Shown here: positions 8,280 to 17,728 of the stretch, in pieces
How positions within the stretch are numbered: the stretch's first letter is position 1
How the letters are laid out: each line of letters starts with the position of its first letter
DNA from: Gemmatimonadaceae bacterium
Lineage (GTDB): Bacteria > Gemmatimonadota > Gemmatimonadetes > Gemmatimonadales > Gemmatimonadaceae
DNA: 64,000 nucleotides
Direction: 5' to 3'
Assembly: GCA_045803545.1 (NCBI GenBank)
Contig: JBJMOW010000005.1
Location: 1,516,220-1,580,219 of the forward strand
Position numbers and translations under genes: made by a program
The notes under the pieces: model-generated
What the model was told of the DNA's origin: nothing
The model's database searches: none
What the model saw: the letters and a program-made list of their open reading frames with translations, nothing else

Positions 8280-10409
8280 TCAAACTGCCGCGTGGCGATG
8301 GGAGATGGCTCGCCGGACTTCGCTCGCGAACTGACCGCCGGTGAAGTCACCTTTTTCCAGAATGGTGGCTACGAGTCCGTTCAACTTGCCTCGATCCTCG
8401 GCGGTGATTGTCTTGGACGTGACGATCACGATCGGTATGCTCGCGGTGCCGACGTGCTCATGAAGCGCTGCTACGACGTCGAAGCCGGTCACGTCGGGCA
8501 TCATCAAATCGAGCACGATCAGATCGGGCAGCTCTCGTCGCGCGATTTCAATCGCGTCGCCGCCGCCGTAAGCGCGCAGGACATTGCTCGCGAGCCCCTC
8601 AACGTGGAATGCGACCAGGTCCACTGCGCGAGGGTCGTCGTCGACGATCAGGATCTTGAGCTGTGCGCCAGTGTTCAGCGGAACCAGCCCCAGTGCGACG
8701 AGCGATTCATACAGCTCCTGACGTGACAGCGGTTTTTGCATCACCGCCGCGGCGCCGAGCGCGAATCCCTTATTTCGGTCGGCGACTATGGAGACTATCA
8801 CGATCGGTACGTGCTTGAGCGAGGGCATCTGCTTCAGGCGCCCGAGCAACTCCCAGCCATCCATCCCTGGCAGCATGAGATCGAGGGTGATCAGCGATAG
8901 CGCTTGCTGTTCGGCAAGGACGAGCGCCACTTCCGCACTCGGGGCGTGAAGGATCGTGAACCCCTCGGCTTCGAGCTGAACTCGAATGAGCTCGGCGGAC
9001 TTGAAATCATCCTCGATGACGAGAGCGATGCGATCGCTTGGCAGAAGCTCGACGGCGACGGTTACGTTGATTTGCTCTTCAACGGCTTTCTCGTCCTCGG
9101 ATCTCAAGGGAAGCCATACCGTGAATCGCGAGCCTTTGCCCTCGGTGCTCTCCACGGCCAGCGTTCCACCATGGAGCTCTGAGAGCAGCTTGATCATCGC
9201 CAGGCCAAGTCCTGTTCCCTGATACTTCCTGGCGAGACCGCTGTCGATCTGACTGAACGGCTTGAACAACGCCTCCATGCCCTCCGGCGTGATGCCGATT
9301 CCAATGTCAGTGACGCTGATTTCGAGAAACTCAGCGAAGCCATTGTTGGCCAGCGGAAAGACGCGGCCGGTCGCGTCGTACTGGAGACGGCCAACCTCGG
9401 CTCTCGAAACGCGGCTCGCTTGCAGTGAGACTTCGCCGCCGTCGGTGCTGAACTTCACCGCGTTGGAGAGCAGGTTGTAAACGATCTGCTTTACCTTCCG
9501 CGCGTCGGCGCGAATGGAACCGAGCTCACGCGGCGCATTCAAGGTGAGCCTGATGTGGCGCGCCTGCGCTTTTTCCTTGACGATCGACAGGCTGTTCGCG
9601 AACAGGGACGATATCTGCACTGGCTCCAGATCCAGCATCATCTTCCCGGCTTCAACCTTCGAAAGATCCAGGATGTCGTTGATCAGGGACAGCAGATGCT
9701 TGCCGCTGCTGAAGATGTCGCCGATGAATTTTTTCTGTTGATCGGTGAGGTTTCCGATCAGGCCGTCCCCCAGCACCTCTGAGAAACCAATGATCGCGTT
9801 GAGCGGTGTTCTCAGCTCATGCGACATGTTGGCGAGAAATTCGGACTTCATCCGGCTAGCTTCCTCGAGCTCGACGTTCTTCTGCTGCAGCCGCTGTTCG
9901 AGCTTTCTGCGTTCGTCCTCGATCTGCTTGCGGGCAGTATTGTCTGTCCCAATCAGCAGGTATCCGATAATGATGTCCTTCACGTCGCGCAGTGCGGTTA
10001 CCGACACCACGGCCGGAAAGCGGCTCTTGTCCTTACGGATGTAGGTGAGCTCATAGATGTCCTCGATGCCACGCGAGGCCTTGAACACCAACGCCTCGAA
10101 GCCGGGCGCGATCTCCGTTCCGACTTCGGCGCTCAGCGCTCTGGCACGAGCGACGATTTCCTGCGCGTCGGAGATGTCGGCAGGCGTAATCTTGTTCACC
10201 ACTTCCACCGCTTCGTAGCCAAGCATGCGCTCGGCGCCAACATTGAAGATCTGGATCACCCCGTTCGCGTCGGTGGCGATACTGGAGAAGTTGGCGCTGT
10301 TGAAGATTGCGTTCTGTAGAGCGTCAGCGCTGAGAACTGCCGCGGTACGACGGCGCCACAGGTTGAAGACGCCGTTACCGTTACCGTTGGTGTGCGGGTG
10401 CGTGGTCAT
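8280..10409 (-). CDS. Hybrid PAS histidine kinase with two receiver domains
   Basis: PAS domain (FNVGAERMLGY), [29 protein letters not shown], and two REC domains (TLDLMLPGMDG; VLDLMMPDVTG). Confidence 0.93.
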   Translation of the reverse strand: MTTHPHTNGNGNGVFNLWRRRTAAVLSADALQNAIFNSANFSSIATDANGVIQIFNVGAERMLGYEAVEVVNKITPADISDAQEIVARARALSAEVGTEIAPGFEALVFKASRGIEDIYELTYIRKDKSRFPAVVSVTALRDVKDIIIGYLLIGTDNTARKQIEDERRKLEQRLQQKNVELEEASRMKSEFLANMSHELRTPLNAIIGFSEVLGDGLIGNLTDQQKKFIGDIFSSGKHLLSLINDILDLSKVEAGKMMLDLEPVQISSLFANSLSIVKEKAQARHIRLTLNAPRELGSIRADARKVKQIVYNLLSNAVKFSTDGGEVSLQASRVSRAEVGRLQYDATGRVFPLANNGFAEFLEISVTDIGIGITPEGMEALFKPFSQIDSGLARKYQGTGLGLAMIKLLSELHGGTLAVESTEGKGSRFTVWLPLRSEDEKAVEEQINVTVAVELLPSDRIALVIEDDFKSAELIRVQLEAEGFTILHAPSAEVALVLAEQQALSLITLDLMLPGMDGWELLGRLKQMPSLKHVPIVIVSIVADRNKGFALGAAAVMQKPLSRQELYESLVALGLVPLNTGAQLKILIVDDDPRAVDLVAFHVEGLASNVLRAYGGGDAIEIARRELPDLIVLDLMMPDVTGFDVVAALHEHVGTASIPIVIVTSKTITAEDRGKLNGLVATILEKGDFTGGQFASEVRRAISHRHAAV

Positions 10410-10414
10410 GGCCG

Positions 10415-10675
10415 CTACTCCTTCGCCGGTGTCGTATCGCCAGCCATGAATTTCTTCCATGCCCGCGCGCTCATCATCCAGGAGCCCTGATTACGCGCAC
10501 GAAGGCGCTGTTCCGTCACTCCGATGATGCGTGGGACACGGCGTTTGTGCAGCGTGGTTCCGTTTTCGTTGAAGACCGCGGGGGCCGATTTCGGGCTGGC
10601 AGCAGCGGCGGCTTTCCGTTGATCGAGAAAGCCGAATAGGGTCTGTCTTAGACTCTTCCTGTTGTTGCTTTTCAT
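10415..10675 (-). CDS. Small basic hypothetical protein, paralog of 6003-6263
   Basis: 86 aa from ATG 10675. First gene of the kinase operon. Confidence 0.7.
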   Translation of the reverse strand: MKSNNRKSLRQTLFGFLDQRKAAAAASPKSAPAVFNENGTTLHKRRVPRIIGVTEQRLRARNQGSWMMSARAWKKFMAGDTTPAKE

Positions 10676-10923
10676 TTGTGCGCCTGGCATGGAGGGCGTC
10701 GCCAGTAGCGCCGGATGCTGCCTTAATCGAGGCAGATCGAAATGCGGGCTGGTGGGATCTTCCCGCACACATTCTTCATGAGAACGTGTGCTAAATATAA
10801 CTCATTACACGCTTTGGTGGGCTTATTCCGACTGAAATACACAGGCCTGCTCCATCATCAAATCACGGAACAAGACGTGCGCTGACTCTGTCAATACCTG
10901 TAGTAACTCGCCTGACGCGTCCG

Positions 10924-11445
10924 ATGCCCGCATCCAGAAACAAACCCCCGAAACCAGCCAGCCGCACCCGCATCGGCGATCGGCTTCGACACGATCTTCC
11001 GACCCTCGTCGTGCGGTATGTGGACCGGCTGCGCACCGATCCGTTGTTCTCGAGAGCGGAGTCGCTGCCCAATCCGGTTCTGGAAGCCCACGCAATGAGC
11101 TTCCTCGGCGATCTCTTCCAATCGCTCGTGGTGCTCGAGAACGCTGAAGGACTCGATGATGCCGATGAATCAGAGCTGCTGGCCGAAGGCAGCCGGATCC
11201 AGCGTTTCATTTCCGAGCTGCACGGTCGCCAGCGACACCGGCTTGGCTGGACAGAGCACGCACTCGAACGTGAGTATCAGATCCTCAGAGAGGAAGTCGA
11301 CTCGCTGGTGCGACGACACGCGCCGGATGCGGATCGCGCCGGTGATTTCAGCTGGGCGATCGATGTACTAAACCTCCGGCTCAACAACGCGCGCGCCGCG
11401 AGCGTCGCCGCCTATGAGACGGCGGCGAGCGAGAGTCGAACCTAG
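10924..11445 (+). CDS. Stand-alone RsbRD_N-like (globin-like sensor) domain protein
   Basis: Motif ELHGRQRHRLGW...LEREYQILREE. Clear paralog of 34394-34894. Confidence 0.7.
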   Translation: MPASRNKPPKPASRTRIGDRLRHDLPTLVVRYVDRLRTDPLFSRAESLPNPVLEAHAMSFLGDLFQSLVVLENAEGLDDADESELLAEGSRIQRFISELHGRQRHRLGWTEHALEREYQILREEVDSLVRRHAPDADRAGDFSWAIDVLNLRLNNARAASVAAYETAASESRT

Positions 11446-11744
11446 GCCAGCGCTTCCCTGTCTTCTGTCCCGCGCTCCACCGTCGCTTCATGACTCCACA
11501 AACCGAGCGGCTGCAGCGCGTGCTGCGCGATAAACCCACAGTGCTGGCAAACGATCATCACCGCCGGAATCGTCACAGTGCTCGCGCCGTTGCGCGCGCT
11601 CGTCTCCTGCACCTCGATGCGTGAGTACTCACTCACCGTCCACTGACTGTCGTCGCAACGCGGACAACCGCCGGCGCCACGCGACTTGAGTGCGCTGACG
11701 ATTCGCTGCTTGTCGGTGCTCGAGATTCCCTTGTAATTCGACAT
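11442..11744 (-). CDS. Small zinc-ribbon protein
   Basis: CPRC and CQHC pairs. AAGGAG RBS upstream. Confidence 0.7.
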   Translation of the reverse strand: MSNYKGISSTDKQRIVSALKSRGAGGCPRCDDSQWTVSEYSRIEVQETSARNGASTVTIPAVMIVCQHCGFIAQHALQPLGLWSHEATVERGTEDREALA

Positions 11745-12016
11745 CTGTGCTCCTTGGTTCGAATGACGCGTGTCAATCCGGTCTGGTCGATCGAAGATTG
11801 CAACGGCGACAATTTTGGGCGTCGCCAGGATCGCCAGGGCGCTGTCTCAGTGAGACCGCGTAGAGCGCCGGCTGGTGGGAGACGTCCGGCGCAGGAACCA
11901 TTCACACTTAATCTACGCTAAAGCGCAGCGTAACGCTTCGAGAATCACGCCGCTCGCCTCTTCTTATAGTAGCAGGCTCGCCCAAACCACGATCGATCTT
12001 GTAGTTTTTCAGCACT

Positions 12017-12553
12017 ATGATGCGTGCGCTGTTCGGCTCGGCGAGCCTGTTGCTGTGCGTTGCGCCCAACATCTCCTGGGCGCAAGGCTATCCGCCGAGT
12101 CAGCGCGGCTCTGTCTCACAGAATGTCGCCTATACTACGATTTCGATCGCCTACGGCCGCCCAGTCGCGCGCGGCCGAGCGTTGTTTGGCAGTCTGGTGC
12201 CGTGGGATCAGATATGGCACCCGGGCGCTGACTCGGCGACACGCATCACTTTCAATCACGACATCGTCGTCGAAGGCAAGCCGCTGCGCGCGGGTGAGTA
12301 CACGCTGTGGCTGATTCCGCGACAGACTGCGCCGTGGACGCTCATCTTCAGCCGCGCCGCGCACGTCTTTCACAAACCGTATCCCGGTGAGCGCTACGAA
12401 GTTCTGCGCGTCGACATCAAACCCGAGCAAGTCTCGCACGTCGAGTCCTTCACGATCTACTTCCCTTCCGTTCTCCGCGACGAAGCGGTGATGCAATTGC
12501 ACTGGGGAACGACGGCGATTCCAGTCCACATCACCGCGCCGTACACGCCCTAG
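12017..12553 (+). CDS. DUF2911 family secreted protein
   Basis: Signal peptide, then motifs PSQ...VSQ, I.YGRP.ARGR.LFG.LVP..QIW.PGAD.AT.I.F and AGEYTLW.IP. Confidence 0.85.
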   Translation: MMRALFGSASLLLCVAPNISWAQGYPPSQRGSVSQNVAYTTISIAYGRPVARGRALFGSLVPWDQIWHPGADSATRITFNHDIVVEGKPLRAGEYTLWLIPRQTAPWTLIFSRAAHVFHKPYPGERYEVLRVDIKPEQVSHVESFTIYFPSVLRDEAVMQLHWGTTAIPVHITAPYTP

Positions 12554-12565
12554 CAGGGTCACTCA

Positions 12566-14218
12566 CTACTGCGCGCCCGGGACTCCCTGCGCGCTTTCGG
12601 CGGTAATCGTGTAACTGTAATCCCCTGACTGACAGTCATGCCCTGTGAAGGTACCGGCATCATAGTCCTCGCAGCGATAGGGGAACGAGATTACGGTGTG
12701 AAAAGTCGTCGCGTGGATCGTACCCGATGCAATCTTGGTCTGGTCCGCCCCAAAGATCTTGAACACGAACGAGTAGTCGTTGCCGAATTTGAGATTGCCG
12801 TACATGTACTCGACGTCACCGTTGAAAATGTGGGTGTTGTCGAAATTCGGGTCGGGATCGTCGACCTGCTGAAAATCCTCCGTGTAGTACGAGACGTCGC
12901 CCGCATTGGTGCCGTACTGGAAGTCGGTGAACGCGCGGTCGGGAATGGGGCCAGCTGCGCTGGTGTGGGTTTGACTGCAAACCCTGACGAAAGCGGGTGA
13001 GACGTTCACAGTGAAGCCCTCGAAGACGATCGGCTCCAGGCGCATCTCGTCGATGCATTCGATGTGCTGAGCGACAGTGCCGAAATCGGGATCTTCGTAG
13101 GTTCCGTTGAACTCCAGGTAACTCGCTGTCGCGGGATCGAACTGGAAGTCGGTGAGCAATTGTCCGTCGACTTCGTCGCGGAACGCGAACGTCAACGGAC
13201 CGGTCATGAGAGGCAGATGACCGCTGACGTTGGACTGCCAGCTTTCGTTGCGGCGCCAGTTCTCCAACACGCGATAATCGGTGCGAGCGCCGTTATCGGT
13301 GAAGATGTAATAACCCTCGCTGAATTTCGTCCCGACGTAATCCCTCAGGCTGAAATACGAGCCGAACCAGGTGAAATCGTTCGGCACATAGATGTTGATC
13401 GCCTGGGTAGTGCTGTTGTTCGACGCATCCCAGTCGCCCGGATTCACAGATTCAGCGCGCACTGTCAGCTGCTTCGTTCCCCGCTCGGTGAAGATGTGAT
13501 TGAAGATGCACGACACACTGCGACCGGCATCGACCCAGACTCCGCTCCCGCGGCCAACGTCCACTCCGTCCACCGCGAGGACACAGACAGTATTCGCGCC
13601 GACGTCGCCGTTCTTCTCGGAGATCAACGCCGAGATCTGGATCGGCGTCTCCATCCGCGCCTGCCCCGGAGCGAAGATGCGATCGACCGAGACGTCGGGC
13701 CGCAGCTTCACGGTTTCAGTCGCCGAGACAATGTCGCTGTGCTTGCCATCGACGCCGACAACAGTGCCCTGCACTCCCAGCTTGCTGCCGCGCACTCTCC
13801 CGGCCAGCGTCGTTTGATAGGTCGGCGAGCTCAGGTTTTTGTAGCTCGTCGTCGTCTGCAGCGTACCGTTCGGCGCGAATTGTTTGAGCTGAATCTTGTT
13901 AAGCAGTCGCGACGCGTCGGGGTTATCGATAGTCCCGGTGGCAACGTCGAGGGTCGTGCTGCCATTGATACCGAGGAGCGCCCTCGCCTCCAGACTCGCC
14001 GCCCCGGCAAACCCACGCGCGTTCTTTTTCCCCTTGTCGCGATACTTGATGCTATTGGCGAAGCGTGTCGGGCCTCGTCGAGCCGTGGTGGCTGAAACGT
14101 CGCGTCGCAGGTGCGAGGGCGGGCTGATCGGTGCGGTCACGGAGTTGTCCGCGCAAGCGGCAGCTGCGATGAGGGCTCCGAGCAGAGCAAACGATCTGAC
14201 CCAAGTGTTCGACTCCAT
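12566..14218 (-). CDS. Large lipoprotein with CARDB/Ig-like domain
   Basis: Lipobox AAAC, CARDB-like segment (RPDVSV...PGDWDASNN) and a beta-rich C-terminus. Confidence 0.7.
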   Translation of the reverse strand: MESNTWVRSFALLGALIAAAACADNSVTAPISPPSHLRRDVSATTARRGPTRFANSIKYRDKGKKNARGFAGAASLEARALLGINGSTTLDVATGTIDNPDASRLLNKIQLKQFAPNGTLQTTTSYKNLSSPTYQTTLAGRVRGSKLGVQGTVVGVDGKHSDIVSATETVKLRPDVSVDRIFAPGQARMETPIQISALISEKNGDVGANTVCVLAVDGVDVGRGSGVWVDAGRSVSCIFNHIFTERGTKQLTVRAESVNPGDWDASNNSTTQAINIYVPNDFTWFGSYFSLRDYVGTKFSEGYYIFTDNGARTDYRVLENWRRNESWQSNVSGHLPLMTGPLTFAFRDEVDGQLLTDFQFDPATASYLEFNGTYEDPDFGTVAQHIECIDEMRLEPIVFEGFTVNVSPAFVRVCSQTHTSAAGPIPDRAFTDFQYGTNAGDVSYYTEDFQQVDDPDPNFDNTHIFNGDVEYMYGNLKFGNDYSFVFKIFGADQTKIASGTIHATTFHTVISFPYRCEDYDAGTFTGHDCQSGDYSYTITAESAQGVPGAQ

Positions 14219-14271
14219 AAGCACCTCTCGGCAAAAGCGATGATTACTCATTTCGCTCACATTGGGTCACT

Positions 14272-15870
14272 CTAGACCGATTGCGACAATCCAATCAGAA
14301 TCGCCGCGCGATCCGCCGTGATCGACTTCCCGGTTTGCGCCTGCAGCGTTGCGCGATAGTCCTTCAGCTTCGCGTCGGCCTGTTTCGTCTTCCCGTTCTC
14401 GCGGGCTTGCTGCGCCTGCGCTAAATCGCTCGCAAGATCGTCGGCGACTCCCTTGTTGGTGACGAAGCGGCGCGTCAGGTTCGTCAGGCTGGCGAACGTC
14501 ACACTCACGGTGAATGTCGTCGATGCAGTGGCCGTATTGCCGGCGTTGTCAGTCGCCGTCGCCGAGTACGTGTGCGGTCCGAGGCCGAACACGTAGGCGT
14601 CACCATCGATCGGCGCACAGGTATTCGATGCGATGCCGGATTCCGCGTCGCTCGCCGTACACGTGATCGAGACGTGCGCGTCGACGCTGTAATCGGCAGG
14701 GTGGGTCGAGTAAGAAATCGTTGGTGGCGTGGCATCAGCAACTGACACGCGCCACAGCACGGCACCGCTCGTATAGAACCCGCCGGGCGTCCACTGAACC
14801 TGCGCCTGGCCGACGATCAATCCGCGATTGTTGATGCCGTGTGCGTCGGCGGCAGGTCCGGAGCGCGGCACACCCAGGTCAGTCAAAGTGCCATCGTGCG
14901 ACCAGAGCACCGGAGCGAAGTTGAAGGTCCCAAACGATATGCCGACGACATCGCCTGCTTCGTTCAGACCGTACGCCCGCGAAAAGGACTGGGATGCGCC
15001 TGGCACCATCGGCAAAGTCTCGAATGCGCCATGTCTGAACACCATCGCGCGCCCGAAATAGTACTGGATGGTGCCTGCCATCTCTGCGAGAAAATCTCCG
15101 GCGTCATTGAACATTTGCCCGGTCGCAATGTCCGCCCCTACCGGGCCCACACCTGCTGGCAACGTGATTTCCGTCGACGTGCCGCCAGACCAGATCTGCG
15201 GCCGACCAGAAGCTACGCCATAGTTAAGACTTTGCCCGATGATAGTCCCCGCGGCATTGATTCCCGTCGCCCAGGCCAAGTCTGTCCCAGGCAGTTTCCC
15301 GAGATCCACGACGCCGCCCTCGGCGGGCCATAGAGCGGCGCTCGGACCGGTGAAGTCGTCGAAACCGTTGCCAACGATGTCGCCGTGCTCGTTGATCGAT
15401 TGCGCTCTGCTGCTACCATAAGGGTTGTACGGTGCCAGTGTTGGGAGCGCCCTGATGACTCCATTTTCCCATACCACTGCCGAATAACGCCCGTCGGCGT
15501 CCTGCGACTCGCCTACGATCACCCCGGCATTATTGACCTGGTACGCTCGAGAGAAATGTCCGCCAAGCGTGCCGAGGTCAGTGAAGACTCCGTTCTGCCA
15601 ACTGATCGCCCGCTGCTCCTGACCGTCCGGCGTATAGCCCCAACCGACGGCGAGCCCGTTGTCGTTGATGTCAACGAGCATCGTGTACTGGCCGTTGAAT
15701 TGGCCAATCGCGACGACGTCGATGCCGGTGGAGCTCTTCTCCCAGGTGACATTGGTGATCTGCTGCCGCCCGCCCGAAGAATCCACACGCAACGACTGCT
15801 TCGGTGCAACGGGGCTGTCCGTGCATGCAACGATGAGCAACGCAGACGCAACCAACGTGAAACGACGCAT
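14272..15870 (-). CDS. Lipoprotein with HAF-family extracellular repeats, Ig-like domain and FIMAH-like C-terminal helices
   Basis: Lipobox IVAC. Repeats DLGTLGG..S.A..VNN.G.IVG. Ig-like segment DATPPTI...ATDNAGN. Confidence 0.78.
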   Translation of the reverse strand: MRRFTLVASALLIVACTDSPVAPKQSLRVDSSGGRQQITNVTWEKSSTGIDVVAIGQFNGQYTMLVDINDNGLAVGWGYTPDGQEQRAISWQNGVFTDLGTLGGHFSRAYQVNNAGVIVGESQDADGRYSAVVWENGVIRALPTLAPYNPYGSSRAQSINEHGDIVGNGFDDFTGPSAALWPAEGGVVDLGKLPGTDLAWATGINAAGTIIGQSLNYGVASGRPQIWSGGTSTEITLPAGVGPVGADIATGQMFNDAGDFLAEMAGTIQYYFGRAMVFRHGAFETLPMVPGASQSFSRAYGLNEAGDVVGISFGTFNFAPVLWSHDGTLTDLGVPRSGPAADAHGINNRGLIVGQAQVQWTPGGFYTSGAVLWRVSVADATPPTISYSTHPADYSVDAHVSITCTASDAESGIASNTCAPIDGDAYVFGLGPHTYSATATDNAGNTATASTTFTVSVTFASLTNLTRRFVTNKGVADDLASDLAQAQQARENGKTKQADAKLKDYRATLQAQTGKSITADRAAILIGLSQSV

Positions 15871-15980
15871 GGCGACCTCGGGTGGGTGAGTCTTGGGGAT
15901 TCTGATAAGCTCAGCCGTTTGGCCGCGGGTCCAAGGTATGTCAGTAAACAAATCGCGCCAGAGGGAGATGCTTTGCTGCA

Positions 15981-16107
15981 GACTGAGGCCTGAGGACTAA
16001 GTGCATCGATCATCGCGGACTAAGTGAGGATTGCAGCCTAAAGCGCTTTAGTCATCAATCATCGATTAGTCAGCAATCACAGATGCCTTTAGTCATCAGG
16101 CCTCAGT
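15981..16107. repeat. Palindromic intergenic element (family A), full copy
   Basis: GACTGAG GCCTGAG GACTAAG TGCATC ... GATGCC TTTAGTC ATCAGGC CTCAGT. Homologous to 23549-23697 and 26954-27087. Confidence 0.85.
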
Positions 16108-16111
16108 TCAG

Positions 16112-16141
16112 TTGAAATATGTCTAGTTACTAGACATATTT
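16112..16141 (+). promoter_or_regulatory. Sigma70-like promoter overlapped by a perfect 27-bp palindromic operator
   Basis: TTGAAA (16112) with a 17-nt spacer to CATATT. AAATATGTCTAGT-T-ACTAGACATATTT at 16115-16141. ATG follows at 16146. Confidence 0.7.
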
Positions 16142-16145
16142 GGTC

Positions 16146-16670
16146 ATGATCGCAAGGCAGACGGCGGCGGCGGCGCGGGCAGACCTGAAATGGCTGACGA
16201 ACTCAGCCGCGCTGCTGCGTCGGCGGCTCCGCCACACCCCCGAGGAAGCACAGTGGTGGGGTCTGGTGCGGCTGCTCGTTACCGACCTCGAAATGACGCT
16301 CGCAACAGCAGCGGAAGTCGCAACCGCTGCACTGCGCTCCTTGCCGGAGACCAACCGCAGACGACCACGCCGACACGCTCCGACCCCGGCCAAACAGGAT
16401 CCGACTGGCACCGCTGCAATAGTGATCGATCTCCCGCGCTATCAATCGACTTTTCTTGCCAATCTGTCCCGTGCGCTCATCCTCGAGACTCCCCGTCGCC
16501 GTGGCCGAACCAGCGAAGTCACTCGCGGTAACGCCGTCGAGGCAGCCCGCGATTATGGAATCGATGTCGGCTTGTTGCGTTCGGCACTAAACCGAACGCC
16601 GAGCGAGCGTCTGCAACTGCTGGACGCAAATCTGGAATTCGTTCGCGCGGCATCGCGCCAGTCAAAATGA
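16146..16670 (+). CDS. Putative DNA-binding antitoxin-like partner of the nucleotidyltransferase
   Basis: C-terminal GIDVGLLRSALNRTPSERL resembles small partners found upstream of NTase genes. ATGA overlap with the next gene. Confidence 0.6.
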   Translation: MIARQTAAAARADLKWLTNSAALLRRRLRHTPEEAQWWGLVRLLVTDLEMTLATAAEVATAALRSLPETNRRRPRRHAPTPAKQDPTGTAAIVIDLPRYQSTFLANLSRALILETPRRRGRTSEVTRGNAVEAARDYGIDVGLLRSALNRTPSERLQLLDANLEFVRAASRQSK

Positions 16671-17149
16671 GCTTCGCTTCCATGCTCGGCGGCCTCACGA
16701 AAATAAAGATTCGGTTCGTCGTCATCGGCGGCGTCGCCGCCGCAATCCACGGTTCGTCGCGAGTGACGAATGACCTCGACATTTGCTACGACGCTGGAGA
16801 TAGAGCGAATGTCGCCGCGCTCGCCAGGCTACTCGCAGGGTGGAAGGCTTATCCGCGCGGTGTCGAGCAAGATTTGCCATTTATCATGGACGACCGCACG
16901 ATGCGGGGCGCTCCCATAATGACACTGGCAACTACCGAGGGAGACCTCGACATCATGGATCGGGTGGCCGGAGTCGGCGACTACGCAATCGTTCGCAAGC
17001 ACTCGCAAGAGATCACCGCACTCGGTTTGTCTTTTCAGGTCATCGACCTGGCGTGGCTCATAAAGGCCAAGCGCGCGGCGGGCAGACCGCGCGACTTCGA
17101 TCACCTTCCGGAGTTGGAGGCGCTGCTGGAGCTCCGCAAAAAGCCGTAA
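16667..17149 (+). CDS. Nucleotidyltransferase (Pol-beta superfamily)
   Basis: Motifs FVVIGGVAA..HG..RVTNDLD and LIKAKRAAGRPRD..HL.EL. Confidence 0.85.
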   Translation: MSFASMLGGLTKIKIRFVVIGGVAAAIHGSSRVTNDLDICYDAGDRANVAALARLLAGWKAYPRGVEQDLPFIMDDRTMRGAPIMTLATTEGDLDIMDRVAGVGDYAIVRKHSQEITALGLSFQVIDLAWLIKAKRAAGRPRDFDHLPELEALLELRKKP

Positions 17150-17219
17150 GGCGTATGCAACTGTGGCACTGGTCGACCATCGCTGCCCCTTCGGGGGGTT
17201 GCCGAAACGTAATTTGCTC

Positions 17220-17274
17220 TTGACGCGCGCCCCGCGGAGATGCTAGTGTATTAGCACCTGCTAGTGTGCTAGCA
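17220..17274 (+). promoter_or_regulatory. Promoter with tandem palindromic operators for the BlaI-family repressor
   Basis: TTGACG (17220) with an 18-nt spacer to TAGTGT, preceded by TGc. Two TGCTA-N6-TAGCA palindromes at 17241-17256 and 17259-17274. Confidence 0.72.
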
Positions 17275-17296
17275 GGTCGATACCCCGTTCAGTGTC

Positions 17297-17728
17297 ATGG
17301 CCGCGGTCCTCAGGAGGCCGATGTTGGGAAAACGCGAAGGAAAGCAACTTTCACTGGACGCACTCGGAGCGCGCGAGCGGGAGATCGTCGAGACGTTGTT
17401 CGCCCAACAGGAAGCGACGGTCGCCGACGTGCTTGGCAGCCTCCGGTCTCCACCCAGCTACTCCGCTGTGAGAGCGATGCTCACCCTCCTCGAGCAGAAG
17501 GGTTACGTAAAACACCGTCGAGATGGACTCCGCTACGTCTACTCGCCCACTGTGAACACGGCTGACGCGAAAGGCCCGGCGCTGCGGAAACTGGTCGATA
17601 CCTTTTTCGGCGGCTCACCCGCCCGCGCGGTAGCGACACTATTGGAGCTGCCGCAGGGCGCAGACGAAGAGCTGACGATCAAGGATCTGCGGAAAGCGGT
17701 GCTCGCCGCAAGGAAGCAAGGGCGATGA
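17297..17728 (+). CDS. BlaI/MecI/CopY family transcriptional repressor
   Basis: Motifs LGARERE.V, PPSYSAVRAML..LEQKG and LVDTFFGGS. Alternative start at 17321. Confidence 0.92.
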   Translation: MAAVLRRPMLGKREGKQLSLDALGAREREIVETLFAQQEATVADVLGSLRSPPSYSAVRAMLTLLEQKGYVKHRRDGLRYVYSPTVNTADAKGPALRKLVDTFFGGSPARAVATLLELPQGADEELTIKDLRKAVLAARKQGR

